The translations under genes were made by a program, and so were the position numbers. A stretch of DNA of 64,000 nt from Chrysomallon squamiferum (lineage: Eukaryota; Animalia; Mollusca), in assembly GCA_012295275.1 (NCBI GenBank), contig CM022673.1:17546001-17610000 (forward strand). Direction: 5' to 3'. Each line of letters starts with the position of its first letter. Position 1 is the first letter of the stretch. Below are positions 28,715 through 52,614 of this stretch, piece after piece. The notes beneath the pieces were generated by a model that was not told the DNA's origin, made no database searches, and saw only the letters and a program-made list of their open reading frames with translations.

Positions 28715-30638
28715 ATGGGTTTCGGTGACTTGAAAGCAAAGTCCGGACAAGAAGCACTTAACAATTTTCTCGCCGACCGAAGCTATATTGAGGGGTATAG
28801 TTATATTTTTATGATATTGAAACAAAATATAAACTTGTGACGTGTTTCCACAGAATTAAATTGAAAAGCAATTCGTTGGGTAACACAAATGTCGATAATT
28901 TATTTTCATTGTGGTCCTCAAAAATAATAAAAAGGAAAAATAATATATTTAAATAAAAATAAATAAATAAGAGCACCCTTAATCTGTATAATTACACACA
29001 CACACACACACACAAACTAAATTTTTCTTTTATACTGAGATTGCTCAGATGCAATATTACAGACTTTTTAAAATTAATTTTCCAACAACACACAGAACAA
29101 AGAGGTAAATGTGTATATAACTGTAATGTTTACAGACACCTCTAATCCTATGTGAATAATTTCAGATATATTGTTACTGATGGTTATTTATATTTATTAT
29201 GGATTTTAAGTTTGTAATGTATTTAAATATATAATTTTACTGAATGATTTTTTTGACAGATATGAACCAACTCAGGCTGATGTTGTTGTGTTTTCAGCTT
29301 TGAGTGGTGCCCCACCTTCTTCCCTGCCACATGCACTGCGCTGGTGGAATCACATCAATTCTTACGGCAATGAAAAGAACAAGTAAGTTTCTTTTTTTAT
29401 TTTATTTTATTTAAAATGGTTTAACGTATAATAAATTAAAAGGTAATATTAAAGAGAATACATATAAATAGTAAATATAAGATTAGATCAAAACAGTTTT
29501 TTCATTCCTTCAGTTACACCTTATATTTAAAAGAAAAAAAAAACAAAAAAAAAAAACATGCCAATATATATATACATACATAACATATATATATATATAT
29601 CTTAGTATTTTTTTTATTTTCAGCCAGTAAACAGTTATCTTAGTTAATATTAATCTGTTATCATAGCTATTATTGAATAACAATTCCAAAACAGAAACCT
29701 TTAATTCTAGTTTATTGTTTATAATCTTATCATATTTGTTATTAAATTTTAGATCTAAAATATTTATTAGAGCATTTAAATAATTAACCCTGAGATGTAA
29801 ATAATTAGTCTTAACTTTTAGAAACCATACATACCTGTAAAAAGAAGTAAATGCATGATGTTTTGATGATTCAGGTTTACAGGTGAGAAGAAGGACATTT
29901 CTGCTTATGGACCTGGTGCCGGTGATGCAGGCAGCAAAGCTGATGATGATGACTTTGATCTGTTTGGTGATGACGATGATGATGAAAACGATGAAGAAAA
30001 AGAAGCTTTGAGAAAACAGAGAGCAGCAGAATATGAAGCCAAGAAATCAAAAAGTAAATTTGATTTTAAACTTGATTAGTTATAATCTGTAATATAAAAG
30101 GAGAGAAAGAAAGAGATAATAGAGGGTACAGTAATTTCATATAATAGAATGTTTGATTTTTGTCTAAAACTAATTATGTATCATGTCATTGTAATTATTG
30201 TATAAATACATATTATTTCTGTTAGTTTTTAATGGACTTTCAGAATATTAAAAAAAAAAAATTAATTTATTTCCATATTTAATTTTGTACAGAAGCTCAG
30301 CTGATAGCAAAAAGTAACATTATTCTGGAGGTAAAACCATGGGACGATGAGACAGACATGAAGAAAGTCGAAGAACTTGTCAGATCAGTTGCTACTGACG
30401 GTCTGTTGTGGGGAGCATGTAAGTATCATGAGTTGTCTTCTCCTTACAAAATTAATGATTATCTGTGATTTTGACTCTTTAAGAATATTTTTGTTACAAA
30501 TTTACATCTGACAGCTATGTCTAATTATTTGAAAAACTGATTAATTTTGGATCAGCTTGAGAAAAAAGACTTGAGATGGTTTAAAATACCTCTAACCTAA
30601 TTTGTTATATTAAATCTTTTCGAGATCTTTAATTATGA

Positions 30639-30689
<51 letters not shown>

Positions 30690-31354
30690 TATATATATTG
30701 AGTTTAATTTGAAATTTTCAAATTTGGCTTGTTTACGTTGCTTAAACATTAGATAAAATAAAAATTTGATAATTTTATTTGGCAATGCTTCATAATTATT
30801 TTTTAAATTTGCTTGGAAAGTAAGAAAGACAAATTTTGAAAATGAAAGAGGGACTATTGATCTGATGTCTTATTTTAAATTTAATTTTTTTTTTTTATCT
30901 AGCCAAACTTGTACCAGTAGGCTATGGTATTAACAAACTGCAAATCACCTGCGTTGTGGAAGACGATAAGGTATAAACTGTTTTTATAAGTGTTTTTATG
31001 AGTGTAGAATTATTGTAATTTGTTTTCCAAAAATGTAGGGAGAGAAAAAAATCCTTTAGTGAAATTTGAATCAGTTTATTATGTTCTGTATACAAAAGAC
31101 AAAAATAATAAAAATCAGTTTTATTTTATTTTTACTGACTGCATTTTTAAATTTTTTTAAAGTTCAAAATGATTTAAAATAATTCAAATTTAGGTTGGAA
31201 TAAGAGACTAATTAAACAGTAAATTATTTTCTAAACGTTTACACTTATCTTTATTTGTTTACTTCAGGTTGGAACAGATTTTCTGGAAGAAAATATCACA
31301 GCATTTGAAGACTTTGTTCAGTCTGTGGACATTGTGGCCTTCAACAAAATCTGA
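28715..31354 (+). CDS. EEF1B2: Elongation factor 1-beta (eEF1B-alpha), 6 coding exons, ~220 aa
   Basis: Exons 28715-28794, 29260-29382, 29875-30053, 30293-30418, 30903-30970, 31268-31354 (663 nt). [96 protein letters not shown]. Confidence 0.98.
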
Positions 31355-32255
31355 ACTGTGACACTTTGTTTTAGTAAATTAAACAATTATATTTCTGTCA
31401 TGTGTATGTGTTCTTTTTTGTATATAGAGCGAATGTGGGTTTTAATCTTGTGATCAGAATACTTAAATTAGATATGATAGTTTTTGTTATCTTTCAGCCA
31501 GTTGCTTTGTTTTTCCAGTACAGTTAATAATAGGAGTAACTACGAATGGCTGTAGCATATGCTTTATTCTCTCTTTTGGAATATAAAAATAAAAAACAAT
31601 TCACAGTACATTTTCTTGTATAAAGAATGTTTAATGGGCGATTCCACTGTCAACCTAGTTCTGGCGGTCGTGAATAATGTTGTATTTGATATTTCAGTTA
31701 AATAGTTTTGATATTATTAATTAATTTATTTTTATTGTTATAATAAAATAATTATTAATATTTAATGATAAAAATAATACATATATAATAATATTTGTGA
31801 TTATATAGATATGAAAAGTTGTTTATTTTCTGAATACAACTCAAACAGAATTTCTTAAGTTCAATTACTACTTGAAAAGACCGGAAAACATCGTAACCAC
31901 GTGATCATAAATCGCGATGGCAACAATGCCAATACCGAAATATAACCAGTAATGTTTCAAAATTCGTTAAGATTAAATTTAACACCCAGTGGCCGATCCC
32001 GACCTACTTGTGATCCGAGTCACAAAGTGATTTATGTACTAACTTGTTAGATAGCGCTTATCTTTCAAAACCCGATTTCCACGAGTAGTTTTGTTTCCTG
32101 ATGATCAGCATTCTGCGACACTGGCTGAAACGAGGGTTTCCAGGTAACAAGTAATAAATGAGCTCAACTAATGTTGATATATTTTGATATTTAACAACAA
32201 CAACAAAAATTACGTCTCTCCATTTGAAAAAGTGCTATAGCTGAAGTCTTTAGAA

Positions 32256-32698
32256 CAGGGGTGCGCAAACTTTCTTAAAGGCCGCATCGCTTTAACTTCA
32301 TTGGCACTGCGGCCGCGCAAAATTTGTAAAATCTGATAAGCGTAACATGATTTTGCATACTTTTCTAACAGTGAACCTCTGTAACTTAAAATGATGCATA
32401 TAAATATTGGGTGCGTTTACATGTTTCCATGAGAATTGACTTCATCCCTCTATGATTCCCAATAAAATGAAAATAAATAGTTTTTAATATTATATATTAC
32501 TTTTATAAAATAACATCTTTAGAACTGTCGGATCCAAAAATGAATATTGGACACTTTGTTGTGTACGGCATCTGACAGTCATATGAAATTCATGGGGTAT
32601 GAGTGTTTACACTGACATTCAGCCTCGTTATATTTCGAATGAGACGTTAAATGTGATGAGGCGACATCCTTCACAGGGCCGCAGGTTGCGCATCCCCG
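32256..32698. mobile_element. hAT (Charlie-like) MITE, 443 bp
   Basis: Left TIR CAGGGGTGCGCAAAC versus right-end reverse complement CGGGGATGCGCAACC (12/15); 8-bp TSD CTTTAGAA / ATTTAGAA; subterminal GGCCGC motifs. Confidence 0.8.
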
Positions 32699-32737
32699 AT
32701 TTAGAAGAAGTGTTTTATATCTTTTACATTTCTAATA

Positions 32738-33232
32738 CAGGTATCGAATCATTTATCCGGCAAGCTTGGGACTGGAGGTGCTCCGGATTTCTAGACACAT
32801 ACTAAATACATACTTCTTTTTCAATCCATTAAATCTGAAGTTGATCATTAATAAATAGGATGAAAATTAAACGAAGAAAAGAAAGAACATAATGTTATTT
32901 AAACGATATCTGTACAAATTAATACACTTCTTAAAACACTGACATTTCTTACAATATCATGTATAATATATCAAATGAAAATTAAATAAATAAAAATAAA
33001 AAAACATAATTTAGTTTAACAGGTATAATGACTTCTGTGAGAGATTTACCTCTACACAGCAACAGTCTCACTTAAACCGTTCAGCGTCACGGAAAAGACT
33101 AATGCAGCGAGTGGCGTTTTACAGCGTGACTAATTTAAAAGTAGCCACTCAATAATGATAATAATAATAAATAACTGTCTGTTTTCTGGATTTTCCGGAT
33201 TTCCGGATGCCGGATAAATGGTTCGGTACCTG
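32738..33232. mobile_element. Tc1/mariner-superfamily (pogo/Tigger-like) MITE, ~495 bp
   Basis: 25-bp TIR CAGGTATCGAATCATTTATCCGGCA versus right-end reverse complement CAGGTACCGAACCATTTATCCGGCA (23/25); TA on the left flank (AA on the right); internal TCCGGA repeats. Confidence 0.75.
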
Positions 33233-33522
33233 AACAGTTAGAATTTTGAGATTATAAGCACGTTTAGTCTTCTTTGTAACGTATTACTTTAACATGTAAT
33301 AAGTAATTAAATAAAATTGTGTAGAAAATGGAATTATTTAAAAATGATTTAAATTAAGAAAAAACATACAAAAACAAATTTTCTGACAGTTGCTTGATTT
33401 GTTTATTCCTTTATTCGGTCGTAGTTAAAATACAAACAAAAAGCACGTGGACGGAAGTGAGCGTGAAGTCAGTACCAGTGTTTGTAAGGGGCACAATGAA
33501 CGACGATTTGAATAAAATTTCT

Positions 33523-35705
<2,183 letters not shown>

Positions 35706-36383
35706 AAAAAAGCAATATATGTTAAACCGATGTGTTCTCGTTGATGGTGTTTACGAAAGAGCACAAAATCTGTTCAAAAAGGACTTTTTGAACTGCACCA
35801 TGTAAAATGATTCTTGATTTGTAATTAATACTTTGATGTTTTTCTTTGAATTGTAAACATCACATTATTTTAATAATAAAAACCCAAAACAAAACCCCCA
35901 CGGTTTAAACATTAGCAAATTTAGCAGTGGCTAACTGAAAGAAATACTTCTTTGACTAACATTATACAACTTTAGAAGCACTTAGTTTTATTTACTGTTA
36001 GTATCGATTGATTAAAAACAACACACGAAAAGGAAACTGAGCTAGTGATGTCTCTTGTGTTGGAAGTCTTATTTCTTTTGTACGGGTTGATGTTACCTAC
36101 TTTTTAAAAAGTTATTGGATTCACAGAATCAATCCGTAATTCACTTTCACTGTTTCTGTATTTCAGAGATAAATTACAAATATCTTAGACCAACTGAGAA
36201 AGGTTAAAGAATTAAAGATAAGTCAGGTTTTTTTTTTTTGTTGTTCTTTTTCGCGTTTTTATTTATTTATGTATTGATTGATTTATCTTTAGACTGAGAG
36301 TTCAAAATTCTCTTTTAATAATCAATGGGAATATATGTCTACGTAACTGCTTCTGTCCATGTGTTTGTTCGAACTAGTAATAC

Positions 36384-36477
36384 CAAACAACTGATTTATG
36401 TAATATGTTTTGGCTTTGTTCTTAGTAAAATATCAAACAACTGATTTTATGTAATATGTTTTGGCTTTGTTCTTAGC
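36384..36477. repeat. Direct tandem duplication, ~50-bp period, 2 copies
   Basis: CAAACAACTGATTT(T)ATGTAATATGTTTTGGCTTTGTTCTTAG occurs twice in succession. Confidence 0.85.
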
Positions 36478-37016
36478 TAAATTTTAATAGTTGGTATAAA
36501 TGTATTTCCATTATTTCATTCCTATTTTTTTATATTTTTTTTGTATTACTTTGTTTTATTCTTATTATTATTTATCGTTATGATCATCGTCATCATCAGC
36601 AGCAGCATTATTGTTATTGTTGTCGTCAACATTTTTATTTTTATTTATTTATGACAGTCCTCTTTTGATACGTTTAACGGGAGAAAAAAAAACATAAAAA
36701 GAAAAGAGAAAAAAGAAAGATAACTCGTAATGAAAATGTAACTGCTGAAAGAACTACAGTGTATTGTCTTGGACACTTTTAGATAAATGAATACAAGCGT
36801 TGTGATTTCGAAGGCTATTTTCATTCGTTTAGCGAAGACCGCACACACTAATATATATATATATGCATACGTACACACAGTATGTTTTATTTCAGTTTTT
36901 GTATTTTCAAGAAAATGCCATGACTCTTACATATCTTGAACAGTGGTCTCCCCTTGGATGCATTTATTATATTATATTATATTATATTATATTATATTAT
37001 ATTATATTTATTTATT

Positions 37017-37090
<74 letters not shown>

Positions 37091-37135
37091 CCACTTTTCA
37101 GCAAAGTTGTAGACGTTTGTTACATGTCATTCATC

Positions 37136-37206
<71 letters not shown>

Positions 37207-37481
37207 CATCTCTCTATCTCTCTCTCTCTCTTGTCTCTTTCTCTCTGCATGTTTCTGAGTTAATTTGAAAACAGGTATGTCTGTCATTGATTTCTTACTA
37301 ATATAAATACGAATTCCGTCTTCTGCTTGGGATAAATTCAGTATTGTTTCAAAATAAATTACCACTGATATGATGATGACACAGTATTTATATAACTATA
37401 TTATTCCGCATAAAACAGTATTTTATTTATTTTCCTTTCTTTTTTTTTTCTTTCTTTCTTTAATTATTATTATTATTATTA

Positions 37482-37520
<39 letters not shown>

Positions 37521-37948
37521 TTGTTTTTGTTTTTACTTTTTACTTTTTTTACAAATCTATATAAATTAGATAATGTCATAGTACTTTCAAGGAAAAAACG
37601 TTATACTTTAATTCTAGCAAAAAACTTTCTAGTTTCTTGGATAAATATACAAAAGTATTTGACTGTATATGTTAAACCATCAGTAATCCAAGAAGAAAGA
37701 AATAAAATAATATAAATATTATTCATGTTTGCAAGAAAAAAAAAAAAAAAAAAAAAAAGAAAAATAAAAAAATAACCGAACAACAAAAAACACCCAAGTT
37801 AACAGTTCACTAAGTTTTTAATGAAACAAATAATTTTAACAAATGATAAAAACTAGTGTGTATCTCCAGTCAGCGCTTTCAAACAGGGTTGAAGTAATCA
37901 CGTTGCTGTCGTCTTTGACGTTGATGTGGCCCTTCTGTTGTGTCGTCA

Positions 37949-37990
37949 TCATACAGGTGTAGTTGTTCGATTTAGTGGTTGCATTGCACT
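37949..37990 (-). CDS. Candidate alternative terminal coding exon of the class B GPCR (SAMQPLNRTTTPV*)
   Basis: Strong acceptor TTTTTATTTTTCAG at 37992-37991 in a higher-GC island; a phase-0 join to the GAG|GTAGTT donor at 42262 gives 13 aa ending T-P-V. Confidence 0.4.
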   Translation of the reverse strand, partial: SAMQPLNRTTTPV

Positions 37991-38720
37991 CTGAAAAATA
38001 AAAACAAAATAATTAAAAATAAATTATATTTTTGTTTTAGAATTCTTGCTTCTTAAAAAAGTACATTGTGTTTTATTATTGTTATGTTGTTGTGATTATT
38101 GTTGTTATTATTACTGATGTTGTTTATATAATTCTAGCTGTTGTTACATTTTATGTTTTACTGTCAAATAATCACCTGTTGACATATTTATTTATTTGTT
38201 TTTGTTTGTTTGTTTGACTGAATGTATAAACTGGGGTTTCCTGACATTAAATTTATACAGATGCCTTATTAGGAAATAGTTGTATTTTTGTCTTCCGGTT
38301 TTTTTTTTTTTTTTTTTTCTTTTCTTATTATTATTATTATTTTATTTTATTTTATTTTTTTTTTTTTTTTTTTTTTTTTTGTGGTTTTTTTTTTTTAATG
38401 AAAATATTATTATAAATGCAATTAAACATAGATTTATAAAAAAATAAAAAAGAAAGAAGTTCTATAAATTCTAATTACATATTGCAGCTAATTTTTTAAA
38501 CATAAAACAAATAAGTAGCATAACACCAACAACAATTACAAAGGACAGAAAAGAAAATCACGGAAAGGAACGCTGGGTTTAAAAGTAAATAAATAAATAA
38601 ATAAATAAATAAGAAAGAATTAAGAAATAAGAATAAAATAAATATTTTATTTATAAATAATGTATTCTTAAACCTATTTATGTCCAATATTTAGTCAAAG
38701 TAATTTTAGTATTACATGTC

Positions 38721-38796
<76 letters not shown>

Positions 38797-39093
38797 TTTG
38801 TACATGTATCTTATGTCCAGCACTGAAATATGCTGGTGTATCGTCAAACAAATTATAGAATCAAAATTATATATAGAAATAAAACTGAGAAAATTCAAAA
38901 ATAAGTAAATTTATAAAGAAATAATTAATATAATAATAATAATTACAACAATATAATTTGTAAACCAGAATATGTTATAACTGTAATATAATTTAAATAG
39001 ATGAATATACATAGAACAATTTAAATAAGCATTTTGTAAAAAAGAAATTTGTTTCAGCAGTGCATTAAGATATTCGAATGACACTAGTTAAAA

Positions 39094-39203
<110 letters not shown>

Positions 39204-39871
39204 GTGATTATGAAATCAGGCAATAATATCCAGTCAGTCTATCACTTACTCATTCTTTCACAGATTCATTTTGTTAACAAGATAATCACCAGTCAGGCAA
39301 TCATTCAGTCACGTAAGTCAGTCGCAATTTCAGTCAGTCAGTAATTCAGTCACATAGATCACCCACATTCTCAGTTAGTCAGTCATATTATCAGACAGTA
39401 AGTCAGTGACGTAAGTCAATTAGTCAGTCAGTCAGTCATTATGTGCTGTTGCCTGACATTCAGTCAGTGACAGCTGTTCAGACAGGCCCTGAGCCATGTT
39501 CTCACTGAATGAGCCTCTCAGTCATCCAGTCAAAATGTCAGTCAGTGACTGTAAAACGTGTCGACAGTGTTAAAGCGACTAAAATCAGTTTTTTGTAATA
39601 TTCATTTAGAAAGTGAATTGTTAAACCGTAGGATAATTTTAATAATTTAAATTGTTATTCTTATAATTTAAATTTAAATACGTCAAATATATACAAGCTA
39701 AAAGGGAGAAGATATTAATTTTTCTAAATAATAATAATAATAATACATTTAAAAAAAATTCCCTTGAAACATTGAAATATTTAAACACACCATAAAATAC
39801 AGAAACGCTGGTATAACATTGACCTCATAGATACAATTAAACAAAATCAGAATATACACACACACACAAAT

Positions 39872-39911
<40 letters not shown>

Positions 39912-40305
39912 TAAATTCTTGTCTAAATCTGCATTAGATTCTATCCATTGATCAAACTGCTTGATAAACAAACAACAAAATGAATTATTATTATTATTAA
40001 AAATAGATTTCTTTTAAAATAATTTATAATTAAGGGTTCCTAATTGATATGATCAAGAGGCAACAAATTCTATCGATTAGATAGCTAACGAATGAAAAGA
40101 TGCCCACTAGTTGATTTTTCAGGTTTGGTTTTCGGTTATATATCTACCTGAACAAGGAATTATATTATAGAAAAGTAAAAAAAGAATAATAAAGAAAAAC
40201 GTTTAAAAATAAATACAAAATAAAACAGATAAAAAAGAAGAAGAAAATCATGAAAGAAAGTAATGAAAATGATATTAAATTTAATAATAGTATTAATTAC
40301 TATTA

Positions 40306-40373
<68 letters not shown>

Positions 40374-40773
40374 CAACATTAGAATGACAATAAAATAAAA
40401 GTAATATGAAAAAACATAACAAAACAAAAATCTACTAGAAAAACAACACTATAAATAAACGAGTTTTTGATTATCTCCAAAGGCTCTAACGTAATCAGTA
40501 GCAGATCTAGGCGATGGGTCATTTGTGCAGTTTAAACTGAATTAGATCAATAAAATAACATATTCTTTTACTTTTATTATTCAGTTTCAGCAATAAAACT
40601 ATTTTCACAATTTCACACCCCTCTCTTTTCCTGAATCCGCTACTGATTAACATCTCATGCAAATATTAGAAATACACCGGAGCTAATGGACTGTCACAAG
40701 CATGCAGATACTGTTAAGCGTCTAACGCGGGATGATACAGAAGCAGTCTACAGCAGGACGAACGGACGACATC

Positions 40774-40911
40774 CTAAACCGAGGATGATTTATGATCTAA
40801 CCTCCGAGATAACTCCTGCTTCTCTTTGTTGAGCACAGACTCGTGCTGTATAGACGTTGTGTTCCGGACGTCAACCCGCCATTGGACGCAGCAAGGCCAG
40901 CGAGAGTGAGA
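40774..40911 (-). CDS. Candidate alternative terminal coding exon of the class B GPCR (SHSRWPCC...DHKSSSV*)
   Basis: Acceptor TATTTTTACCCAG at 40913-40912, GC-rich island, open phase-0 frame of 45 aa ending S-S-V. Confidence 0.35.
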   Translation of the reverse strand, partial: SHSRWPCCVQWRVDVRNTTSIQHESVLNKEKQELSRRLDHKSSSV

Positions 40912-41094
40912 CTGGGTAAAAATACAAACCTAGCTACAACATATGAGCAAGCACGAGCCAGCGCGTGACGGGCAGACGTAATGTGAAAAAATATTAAACA
41001 GTGGCTGAATGATAAATATCTGAATATTGAAATAGAGACAGTATATATAATATTAAGATTAAATAAATAAATAAATATACTGAAAATGAACACG

Positions 41095-41167
<73 letters not shown>

Positions 41168-42099
41168 ATTCAGAAATATAGCAATACGAAGAAATAACTT
41201 ATTTGCATTTTACGTACTTCTGATGATTTTTAAATTAGTTTTTGCACATAATCTTTGTGACAAAGGATTAATAGAATCACATTTTTCGTCGTTACGTTAT
41301 TTCGTCGAGAGAAATAATAATTTGTGGAATTTTTTGTGAGATTTACTGTCATTTATTAGAAACTTTATTTTTAGCAAAGGATAACTCATCTCCAATGCAA
41401 ACACAATTGTTTCCCTTTTTTTTTCTTTAATTTAAGAAATTTGTTTAAGTTTTAAGTTCGTATCTCCTCAGGTATCTGGTTATTTTTAATTAAGATATTA
41501 ACACCTTGCAAAAACATAACTACACCAGTTTGCTGATCATGAAAGTATTTATTTAACACTTTATTTCAAAATACAATTAAAACTCAGGTTACGATAGTAC
41601 CTTTACACACCAGATCAACAGACGAACATCAAAAATAATTCCAGCATCTTTGTATTTGTTTTAATACATGACTACTAGTTTCATTACTTACAGACTGTTA
41701 CGTTAATAATAATAATAATAATAATAATAGTAATAATAATAATAATAATAATAGATGATGATGATGATGATGATGTTAATAAGAATATTAATGATAATGA
41801 TGATGATGATTATAATAATGTAAAGATGTATTAATAAAATAAATAAATAAAAGGTCACAACCAGCAAAATATCACACGGAATCATAATTTCACATAATTT
41901 TGATAAATTTAATTCACTTTGTAGGCCAACATTACCCAGTAGACGAGAGTAATTATTGGAGGTTTTATCAACTACCAATAAGTACAGATTAAAGCAAAAG
42001 CGAAAGTGAAAGTAGAAATGAAACAAGCCTTTGGAGACAGACGAGCACTGATAAAACCAGCCAATCTACGTCTTGCAATTGTAATTAATATTAATATCG

Positions 42100-49612
<7,513 letters not shown>

Positions 49613-50094
49613 CTACAAAAAACAACAACAAGAAAACCAAACTTTTAGCACAGTAAAACACGTTTAACACTTTATTTTCTTTCACAACACCATCACAACA
49701 AATTCGGTTAATTCTTATTATTTTCGAGGATAGACTTTCCGGAAGTATAAAGGTCGCCATATTTGTGGTACGAAAATAGGTCAAAGTTTAGTGATACTCA
49801 GACGTAAAGTTCAGCATCTGGTTTCTGTCTGAAAACGCATGCTCGAAGAGAGGCGATATGCAGTGCAGTAGAAGTTTTACACAGACGACGCACAAAGAAC
49901 ATTTTTGGCATTTGTGCCTCTGAAATAATAGTTCGTCTCGTCTGCTAACACGCTCGTGTACGTGAAAGGTCACGTGAAGGCTTTTGTGAGAAGACGATGT
50001 TTTCTTTTGTTACAGACAGAAGTAAAACAGAAAAAGAAATCTTGTTTTTATCAACAATTGTTGTTTTAATCAAGAATTATTATTTCATCAATAA

Positions 50095-50126
<32 letters not shown>

Positions 50127-50259
50127 CATTAATTATTTTTGTAAGTTATTGAAACTATTAAAATGAAGAGAGAAAAATTGGTATCGGAAAATATGTTACG
50201 AATAATAAATTAGTAGGGAAGAATTACTTTTTTAACAAAACTATATTTCAGTATTTTAC

Positions 50260-50565
50260 ATTACATTATATTGTACGGTATTATATTGTATTACATTGTA
50301 CTTTTTATATTGTACTGTATTATATTTCATTATACTGTATTTGTATAATGTATTGCATTGTATTATGTTATACTTTATTGTATTGTATTGTATTGCGCTA
50401 TACTGTATTGTATCGTATTACGTTATACTCTAATGCACTGTATTGTATTTCGTTATGCTGTATTGTATTGTATTATGTTATGCTGTATCGTATTGCACCA
50501 TGCTGTATTGTATTGTAATGAATTACATTATACTGTATAGTACTGTATTGCGTTATAGTATATTA
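50260..50565. repeat. Degenerate pentanucleotide (TATTG)n microsatellite
   Basis: About 300 bp with 5-bp periodicity TATTG/TACTG/TGCTG. Confidence 0.85.
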
Positions 50566-52574
50566 CGATGACTTAAATTTCAACACTTACATCCTTTCTG
50601 ATGTTTGTTTCATTTCTCTTAAAATATCAGGACCTACTATTCTTTAAGTAAGACAATAATTTAATATTCCAGAGAAAGAAAGAAAGAAATAAAATAAACA
50701 ACAGCATGGATGCTGCTATTTCTCATAACAAGAGCAGCAAAAAGGAATAACATTGAAACATAAATTCTGTTGATTGTGTTTTGGCTACATGCATTTTTTT
50801 TTTTTTTTTTTTTTTGAGTTTGTTTATCAATTTAAAATAATAAAAAATTATCATTATTATTTTTTTAATTTAATTGAACTGAATTTAATTATTTATTATT
50901 TTTATTTTTTTTGATACTTTCATCGGCAATTGTTGTTCAAGGGAGATTACTTTTCATGTACAATGCAGAACTATGAATTTAGGTTTATCCGACATTTTTA
51001 TTATTATTATAATTTGTAATTTTTTTTTTTTTTTTTTTTTTTTTTTGTTTGTTCATATTATCACATTACATTTGCTCAAACCTCTACGCGTACACTTTAA
51101 AGATAATCACTGATTGGCCTAACTAATCGTTGTTAACGATCTTCTGTCAAAGTAATGATAAAAGTACTCGGTGTTTCTAAACAAAACAATTCATCAGACA
51201 TCCATATCCTGATGTTAGCGGAAGAAACGAATTTCTGACGTTTAGAGAGGTTTATCAGCCGCACCCTTGTTTATATAACCTGTAATCTCAGAAAAACGTT
51301 CACTGGCTCTTGTAAGTACAGTTACCAATCTGAATATGTGTATGAGGAGTTCCTTGTATTATCGAAAGAGAGACAGAGCGAAAATGAGAGAGAAAAGTCC
51401 AGAGACCGACAGAGAATGACAGAAGGAGAGGAGACAAAGAGATACAGAGAGAGAGAAAGGAGATACAGAAAGATATCTAGACAAAGAGTGAACGAAAGAG
51501 AGAGAAAGAGAAATAGAGACAGAAAGAATTGGTTGTTCATTATTGTACTGTTCCTATATTTAACTGGTCATTAAAATTACAATATTATCTATTAGTAAAG
51601 AAAGAAGCAATTTCATTGACGTCAGAAGCAGCAGCAGGAACAACATCATAACTTAGTCATTTGCTATTATTCTAGTAATTATCATCCTATCATTAACAAT
51701 GCTTGTATTACAACGCCATCTTCATCTTCCTGTTCATAAACACATCACCATCGACTTTACAATGAAAGTATTAATAAATAATATTTGCTTTGGCATTGTT
51801 TCCACTCTATTCTCGTCATCAACGTCTTCTTCTTAATCAACATTAACATTAATGCTATTCTCGTTATCATCAGCTACGGCTGTGCTGACATATATAATTA
51901 TTTTTGCAATCGTTTACAGAAATAAAAAGAAAACAAAAGCACTGCAATATTTACTGGCTGTTAAATGATAATTCATTCTGCAACACTGTGGGGAGTCCAG
52001 TGGGACTGAACACCCACAAAATGTAAATATCTATTATTTTCTCATTTGCGTGTATATGATTATATATTAACCAAAATACTGAACAAAACTTTATAATTAC
52101 TGATATCATATGATTCGCCACATTTTACGTTTCTAAATCTCTGGTAGTAGAAATTACTAGACAGTCTCCATCAAAAAAAAATCAGGATTTCTGTCTCTAA
52201 AATAGATAACAAAGATTTTTCGACAAACGCTGAATCTGCATTTCACTGAATACACTTTGAGGAAATATCAGTCAGTAACCTTTAAGTATTTTTCTGTAAA
52301 CTTCCACTTTTGAAACGAGTGTGATGACTCGCTGATGTTCTGCTGTTTGCACAAGCCGGATTAGCGTGGCGCGTCGTTAATTACTTTTATTATGGCAGAA
52401 TGTTTTAGTTGTATTTGTTTACTGACAGAACGTAACGTTTTGTAGAATATGTAATATTTTATAATAGGTCCTTGGAACCTTTAAATAGAATGTATGTACG
52501 TATGTATGTGTGTGTGTGAGTGAATATATAACCCATTATGTATGCTTGTTTGTATGTATGTATGTATGTATGTA

Positions 52575-52614
<40 letters not shown>

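Noticed and set aside
29088-29160. Hairpin (AGAGGT/ACCTCT) in EEF1B2 intron 1 as a SNORA41-like RNA
   Set aside because: No convincing second hairpin or correctly placed ACA box.
49788-49973. 61-aa Cys-containing ORF as the GPCR N-terminal exon
   Set aside because: No phase-1 GT donor compatible with the exon at 49612, and no signal peptide.
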